Of a stretch of DNA of 32,000 nt, positions 26,398-32,000 are shown piece after piece (position 1 is the stretch's first letter; every line of letters begins with the position of its first letter). The position numbers and the translations under genes are program-made. Origin of the DNA: Candidatus Brocadia sp. (GTDB taxonomy: Bacteria > Planctomycetota > Brocadiia > Brocadiales > Brocadiaceae); assembly GCA_021650915.1 (NCBI GenBank), contig CP091279.1, positions 3,360,001 through 3,392,000 on the forward strand, in the 5' to 3' direction. The notes below the pieces were generated by a model, which made no database searches, was not told the DNA's origin, and was given only the letters and a program-made list of their open reading frames with translations.

Positions 26398-26600
26398 TTT
26401 CGGTCTGTCCATTTTCCCTGTTGGCTCTTAACTATACGGAGAAGATATTCTCTGTCAATTTTTGTTGAATAGTTGCTCCTTCAGGCTTTTCAGATGCCCT
26501 GAACCGTCCTGCTCTTTCTTGATTTTACCCGTATTTTTAGGGCATTCAAGATGATTTGAGGCTTGTATGTTTTCATCAAATCTGATATGTTTTTATTACG

Positions 26601-29404
26601 ATGATTAATCAAACGCCCGAACAAATAGCGCGAGACCTTATTGACAAGCAACTCACTGCCTGCGGCTGGCTTATTCAGAAAAAGAATCAGGTTAATCTTC
26701 ACGCAGGAATTGGAGTTGCAGTTCGTGAGTATCTGACTGATGCGGGGGTAGCCGACTATGTTCTGTTTGTTGATGAGAAACCCGTTGGTGTTATTGAAGC
26801 CAAGCGTGAGGAAGAAGGACACCGCCTCACCATACATGAAATCCAATACATGAAATCCAATCCGAAGGATATGCCTCGGCAAAACTCAAATACCTGAATA
26901 ACGAAAAACTCCCCTTTGTGTATGAAAGCACAGGGGAAGTGACCCGGTTCACCGACTTCAGAGACCCCAAACCACGGTCAAGGCCGGTATTTTCCTTTCA
27001 CCGCCCGGAAACCTTTCGTGAGTGGCGGAAGAGATCAAAATCGTTCCGTGGTAGCTTGTCTGACCTACCCGCGCTGCCCGTCGAAAGACTGCGTGATTGC
27101 CAAGTTACGGCCATTAACAACCTTGAAACATCCTTCAAGGATAATCGCCCAAAGGCATTGGTTCAGATGGCAACGGGCTCCGGGAAAACCTATACCGCCA
27201 TCACGTTTATCTATCGTTTACTGAAATACACCCATGCAAAACGCATATTGTTTCTGGTTGACACCAAAAATCTGGGCGAACAGGCAGAACAGGAGTTCAT
27301 GGCGTATCAGCCAAATGATGACAACCGCAAGTTCACCGAGTTGTATGGTGTATATCGCTTGAAATCAAGCAACATTCCTACTGACAGCCAGGTTTACATC
27401 AGCACTATCCAACGTTTGTATTCCATTCTGAAAGGAACGGAACTGGAAGAAGGCGCCGAGGAAGAAAATCCGAATGAGAGAAGTTGGCAGCCGAAAGAAG
27501 TCCCGCCCGTCGAATACAATGAAAAACTGCCGGTTGAATTCTTTGATGTTGTGGTGATTGACGAATGCCACCGTAGTATTTACAACCTGTGGAAACAGGT
27601 GCTGGAATACTTTGACGTCTTCCAGGTGGGATTAACCGCAACACCTGACCAACGCACGGTGGCCTACTTTGATCAGAACCTGGTCTCGGAATATTCCCAC
27701 GAAATAGCCGTGGCCGACGGCGTGAATGTAGGTTACGATGTGTTTCTTATTGATACACGAGTCACCCAACAGGGCGCTACCTTCTGGAAAGGCGTGTATG
27801 TGGAGCACCGTGAACGATTGAACAGGAAGAAACGGCTGGAGTTGCAGGATGAGGATGAGGCATACACCGCACAGCAGTTGGACAGGGACGTGGTGAACCC
27901 GAATCAAATCCGCACGATTATTCGTACGTTCAAGGAACATTTGCCCGAAATATTTCCCGATCGCTACAATGGGGAGGGTGAATTTGAAGTGCCCAAGACA
28001 CTCATCTTTGCCAAGACCGATTCCCACGCTGACGACATCATTCAGATTGTCCGTGAGGAGTTTGCCGAAGGAAATCATTTCTGCAAAAAAGTGACTTACA
28101 AGGCAGTCGAAGACCCAAAGTCGGTGCTGGCGCAATTCCGCAACGAGTACCACCCGAGGATTGCCGTTACGGTTGACATGATTGCCACCGGCACGGATGT
28201 GAAGTCATTGGAATGTCTGCTTTTCATGCGTGACGTAAAAAGCCGGAATTATTTTGAACAGATGAAAGGCAGGGGCACACGGACCGTTCCCTTTGATGAC
28301 CTGAAAAAGGTTTCACCTTCGGCCAAATACACCAAAGACCATTTTGTGATCGTGGATGCCATCGGCGTTACCAGGAGTTTGAAAACCGACAGCCGTCCGT
28401 TGGAAAAGAAGCCCGGCGTGCCCTTAAAAGACTTGCTGGCAGCCATTGCCGTAGGCGCGCGGGAGGAAGAGTTGTTTACTTCCGTTGCCAACCGCTTGAC
28501 ACGCCTGGAAAAACAGATTACCGACAAGGAGAAAATACAATTTTCTGCAAAGGCCAACGGCAAAACCGTTACGCAGGTGGCAAAGGAATTATTGAATGCC
28601 TTCAATCCCGATACCCTGGAAGATTTACGTGCGAGGGTAGAACGCGAAAATCCCGGAGCAGCGCCCGTTGTGAAGGAAGAAAAATACAATCACCTGCAAG
28701 CTGAATTGCAGAACAACGCAGCTAAGGTATTTACCGGTGAGTTGAATGAATATATTGAAAATGTACGCAAGGCACATGAACAGAAGATTGATATGCAGAA
28801 TCCCGATACCGTAATCAATGTGGGCTGGAACAGCGACAACAAGACAAAGGCGGAAACCCTGGTGCGGGATTTTAAGGCGTGGATAGAGCAGCACAAGGAC
28901 GAAATCACTGCCTTGCAGATTTTTTATGCGCAGCCATATCGCAGGCGTGAACTCACCTACGCCATGATGAAAGAGGTGTTAGAAAGATTGAAGACTGAAA
29001 AGCCCGTCCTTGCGCCCATGCAGGTGTGGCGCGCCTATGAGCACCTGGATGCTGTAACAAGCGCAGCACGAGGCAGCCCGCGGAATGAGCTGATTGCGTT
29101 GGTCTCCCTGATCCGTAAAGTTTCAGGCGTTGACAAGACACTGACGGCTTACGACAAAACCGTGGACAAAAATTTTCAGAGCTGGGTGTTTAAGAAACAG
29201 GCAGGCGCATTGAAGTTTACGGAAGAACAGATGCAATGGTTGCGGATGATAAAAGACCACATCGCCACCAGCATCCACCTTGATGCCGACGACCTGGATT
29301 ACACACCCTTCGATGCCGCCGGTGGCAAGGGAAAGATGTATCAGCTCTTTGGCGACAGGATGAATGAGATTATTAACGAACTCAATGAGGCATTGGCGGC
29401 ATAA
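26601..29404 (+). pseudogene. hsdR: Type I restriction enzyme R subunit (EcoEI/IB-like C-terminus), frameshifted by a 14-bp tandem duplication
   Basis: The N-terminal PD-(D/E)xK nuclease ('ADYVLFVDEKPVGVIEAKRE') is in ORF 26601-26897. The helicase part ('MATGSGKTYT', 'VVIDECHRS', 'GLTATP', 'QMKGRGTR') and an EcoEI_R_C-like tail are in ORF 26918-29404. Removing one 14-bp unit joins the two frames. Confidence 0.88.
26832..26861 (+). repeat. 14-bp perfect tandem duplication (ACATGAAATCCAAT x2) causing the hsdR frameshift
   Basis: Bases 26834-26847 are identical to 26848-26861, and the identity extends 2 nt to the left. The duplication re-encodes 'IHEIQ' in the second frame. Confidence 0.95.
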
Positions 29405-29513
29405 TGATTGACAGAAATCCCGTAGCGTGATTTGGGTTTGTAACCAGCAACCAATAGTTTGTCTGCCAGCAACATCGGAAATTCAAAGTGGATAAATGTA
29501 GAGCTGGCAGTAC

Positions 29514-29760
29514 AATCCCGAAGGGATGACATGATTATAACAAGGTAAAATAAAATTGTATTTGAATCCCGGAGGGATGACACAAATCATTTCACCCCTT
29601 CGGGGTTGTGTGGTGGCGGTGGTTGGTTTTCTATAATCATTACACACCTTCGGTGTTTAATATATGCCATAAATTAAGCAGCAAAGCCCGAAGGGCTGAT
29701 ATTATTATAGGAAAACGAGAAAAAGAAAATTAATAAACCCTGAAAGGGTGATATAAATAT
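29514..29760. repeat. REP array between hsdR and hsdS: composite element copy 2 (29514-29658) plus two further REP variants
   Basis: A forward REP lies at 29514-40 and a forward variant at 29565-90. A CCCC-TTCG-GGGG hairpin is at 29595-605, and a reverse variant at 29631-58. Further forward variants are AAGCCCGAAGGGCTGATATTATTATAG at 29684-710 and AAACCCTGAAAGGGTGATATAAATAT at 29735-60. Confidence 0.8.
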
Positions 29761-31267
29761 GGTTGACAGAAAACAAATACCGCCAAGTTGGGAAGTTGTG
29801 AAACATAGTGAAATTGCAGAAATAAATCCTAAACTTCCTTTTAAAAATATTGATGACAACACCGAAGTTTCATTTCTTCCAATGAAATTAGTTGAAGAAG
29901 AAAAAAATATTTTCTATCTCACTGAATTCAGAAAATACAAGGATGTAAAAAAAGGTTTCACCCCATTTACAAATGGTGATGTGATTTTTGCAAAGATTAC
30001 GCCGTGTATGGAGAACGGAAAATGTGTCGTTCTACATGATCTTAAAAATGAAGTTGGTTTCGGTTCAACGGAGTTTCATGTTTCACGACCAAGAGAATGT
30101 GTCATCGCTAAGTACATTTTTTATTCCATTATTCAACAGCAATTCAGAAGAATTGCAGAAAGTAATATGACTGGCAGTGTAGGACAGAAAAGAGTTACAA
30201 CGCTATTTTTTTCCGAGTTTGAAATTCCTCTTCCCCCTTTCCCCGAACAACACCGCATTGTTTCCAAAATAGAAGAACTCTTCAGCGAATTAGACAAAGG
30301 CATTGAAAGTTTAAAAACCGCCCATCAGCAACTCAAAATCTACCGTCAGGCCGTGTTGAAGTGGGCTTTTGAAGGAAGGTTGACCGAGGAATGGAGAAAA
30401 GAAAACTCAATTTTAAATACAGCCTATGACTATTTAAGACAAGTATCGGAAATACGTAAGAAGAATTTTTTAGAAGCTAAGAAAAATGGTATAAAGAGGA
30501 TTGAAAAAAATTATGATTTTGAATTTAGACGAAGTGAGGAAATAAAAACTTGGGCAAATGCCACTTTGAATAAATTAATCTACATAGCGGGTAGAATAGG
30601 ATGGAGAGGTTTAACAAAAGATGAATACACAATTGAAGGCCCAATGTTTTTGAGTGTGCATTCACTTAACTATGGAAAGTATGTAGAGTTTAAAGACGCT
30701 TATCATATTTCCGAAGAAAGGTATTTAGAAAGTCCAGAGATAATGCTTAAAGAAAAAGATATATTGCTTTGTAAAGATGGTGCAGGTATTGGTAAAATTG
30801 GCATCATTAATAAACTTCCATCGGAGGCAACGGTAAATTCCTCTTTGCTTATAATAAGAGGCATGGAAATATTTATCCCGGAGTTTTTATATCATCTGCT
30901 AAGTGGACCTAAGCTACAGGGTATAGTACGAAAACGAATCACCGGAAGTGCTACTCCTCACTTATTCCAAAATGATATTAGAAAATTTGAACTTCTTATT
31001 CCTCCCCTTGAAGAACAACATCAAATTGTTTCAGAAATAGAAACCCGCCTTTCCGTATGCGATAAATTGGAAGAAACCATAACAACCGCCTTGCGGCAAG
31101 GCGATGCCCTGCGGCAGAGTATTTTAAAAAAGGCATTTGAGGGAAGGCTGGTTGAGCAAGACCCCAATGACGAACCGGCATCAAAACTCCTGGAGAGGAT
31201 AAAGGCAGACAAGGTAAAGGGTATGACAAAGGATGATACACGAAAGAAGAAAATCCCGAAGGGATGA
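29759..31267 (+). CDS. hsdS: Type I restriction-modification specificity subunit (two TRDs)
   Basis: 502 aa. The two conserved coiled-coil spacers are 'PEQHRIVSKIEELFSELDKGIESLK...LKWAFEGRL' and 'EEQHQIVSEIETRLSVCDKLEE...LKKAFEGRL'. Each follows a variable target-recognition domain. Confidence 0.9.
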   Translation: MVDRKQIPPSWEVVKHSEIAEINPKLPFKNIDDNTEVSFLPMKLVEEEKNIFYLTEFRKYKDVKKGFTPFTNGDVIFAKITPCMENGKCVVLHDLKNEVGFGSTEFHVSRPRECVIAKYIFYSIIQQQFRRIAESNMTGSVGQKRVTTLFFSEFEIPLPPFPEQHRIVSKIEELFSELDKGIESLKTAHQQLKIYRQAVLKWAFEGRLTEEWRKENSILNTAYDYLRQVSEIRKKNFLEAKKNGIKRIEKNYDFEFRRSEEIKTWANATLNKLIYIAGRIGWRGLTKDEYTIEGPMFLSVHSLNYGKYVEFKDAYHISEERYLESPEIMLKEKDILLCKDGAGIGKIGIINKLPSEATVNSSLLIIRGMEIFIPEFLYHLLSGPKLQGIVRKRITGSATPHLFQNDIRKFELLIPPLEEQHQIVSEIETRLSVCDKLEETITTALRQGDALRQSILKKAFEGRLVEQDPNDEPASKLLERIKADKVKGMTKDDTRKKKIPKG

Positions 31268-31496
31268 CATGATTATAGCATTGAAATACAAAATCAAATT
31301 TGAATCCTGAAAGGATGACATAAATAATTTCACCCCTACGGGGTTTGCGTGGTGGCGATGATTGGTTTTCTATAATAATCACACCCCTTTGGGGTTAAAA
31401 AACAATCGCGTGCCGATGTACTATGATAATGCCATCCCTTCGGGATTAAAAAACATTGGCTGAACAATAAAATCCAGAAGGGAAATATGATTATAG
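31252..31496. repeat. REP array between hsdS and the transposase gene: composite element copy 3 (31252-31396) plus two more REPs
   Basis: An exact forward REP lies at 31252-78 and contains the hsdS stop codon. A forward variant is at 31303-28 and a reverse variant at 31370-96. A reverse REP CTATGATAATGCCATCCCTTCGGGATT is at 31421-47, and a forward REP at 31471-96 runs into the transposase RBS. Confidence 0.8.
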
Positions 31497-31506
31497 GAGG
31501 AATACT

Positions 31507-31968
31507 ATGGCAGGCACATTTTCACAAGTTTACATTCAAGTTGTCTTCACGGTAAAAGGATGGGAAAATCTCATTGGTAAGGAGTGGAAAGATGAATTGC
31601 ATAGATACATTGCCGGAGTCATCAAAGGTAAAGAACAAAAGCCAATCATTGTCAACGGAATGCCTGACCATATTCATGCCTTTGTCGGGTTGCGGCCAGC
31701 TATGGCTATTTCCGATTTGGTCCGTGATATCAAAAACAATTCATCCAATTTTATCAATGAGAATAAATTAGTGAAAGGGAAATTTTCCTGGCAGGAAGGA
31801 TATGGCGTATTTTCATATTCTCATTCACACATTCAGAATGTTTACGATTACATTTTGAATCAGGAGGAACATCACCGCACGAAAACATTCAGAGAGGAAT
31901 ACATTGACTTTTTGAAGAAATTTGAAATTGAATACAATGAAAAATATTTGTTTGAGTGGATGGAGTAA
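31507..31968 (+). CDS. REP-associated tyrosine transposase (RAYT) / IS200-family Y1 HUH transposase
   Basis: 153 aa. It has the HUH motif 'PDHIHAF' and a catalytic Tyr region 'VYDYILNQEEHH', with an N-terminal 'YIQVVFTVK' strand as in IS200-like TnpA. REP hairpins flank it on both sides, and no tnpB lies between it and the window end. Confidence 0.8.
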   Translation: MAGTFSQVYIQVVFTVKGWENLIGKEWKDELHRYIAGVIKGKEQKPIIVNGMPDHIHAFVGLRPAMAISDLVRDIKNNSSNFINENKLVKGKFSWQEGYGVFSYSHSHIQNVYDYILNQEEHHRTKTFREEYIDFLKKFEIEYNEKYLFEWME

Positions 31969-31985
31969 TATTTCTCCCATGCATG

Positions 31986-32000
31986 AATCCCGAAGGGATG
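31986..32000 (+). repeat. Forward REP copy truncated by the window end
   Basis: AATCCCGAAGGGATG starts 17 nt after the transposase stop codon and is identical to the first 15 nt of the REP consensus. Confidence 0.7.

Noticed and set aside
27632-28153. A 173-aa minus-strand ORF. The ORFs at 28249-28689 and 26490-26882 are similar.
   Set aside because: All lie antisense within hsdR, and none has recognisable motifs.
29341-29583. An 80-aa minus-strand ORF with the repeated 'IIMSSLRD' peptide. The 67-aa ORF at 26269-26472 is similar.
   Set aside because: The repeated peptide is simply the translation of REP copies. The ORF spans the hsdR 3' end and an intergenic REP array, so it is not a gene.
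26239-31496. The clusters of short repeats could be a CRISPR array.
   Set aside because: The repeats occur in both orientations with irregular spacing. They diverge from each other by compensatory stem changes, and they are interspersed with genes. No cas genes are present. This fits REP/BIME-type elements, not CRISPR.

Overview
This is a 32-kb bacterial chromosomal window. All calls come from reading the ORF translations and the DNA by eye; no database searches were run. Bases 1-26,000 are mostly core genes. In order they are: a small DUF4258/DUF2283 toxin-antitoxin-like pair; a collapsed ResIII-type helicase remnant; a Zn-alcohol dehydrogenase with an LsrF/DhnA-type aldolase; cysE-cysK; an rpoZ-like ORF; a gldA/gldF/gldG-like ABC-2 exporter operon followed by an 818-aa protein built from five DUF4340-like modules; an HtrA/DegP protease; a group II intron (RT/maturase ORF on the minus strand) in the htrA-argB intergenic region; argB-argD-argF-rph-rdgB; a translationally coupled SatD-like/DUF3307 pair; and an EamA-histidine kinase-NtrC-type response regulator operon. 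Bases 26,200-32,000 are an accessory patch. It holds a type I restriction R subunit inactivated by a 14-bp tandem duplication, an AT-rich hsdS, no hsdM in the window, and a RAYT/IS200-type HUH transposase. All three genes are embedded in a structured REP family, including three copies of a ~145-160-bp REPIN/MITE-like composite element, and this family is absent from the first 26 kb. I saw no tRNA, rRNA or CRISPR array. The best candidates for something undescribed are the REP/RAYT remodelling of the restriction locus and the uncharacterised SatD-like/DUF3307 module with its palindromic promoter site. Intron boundaries, promoters and operator assignments are approximate inferences.
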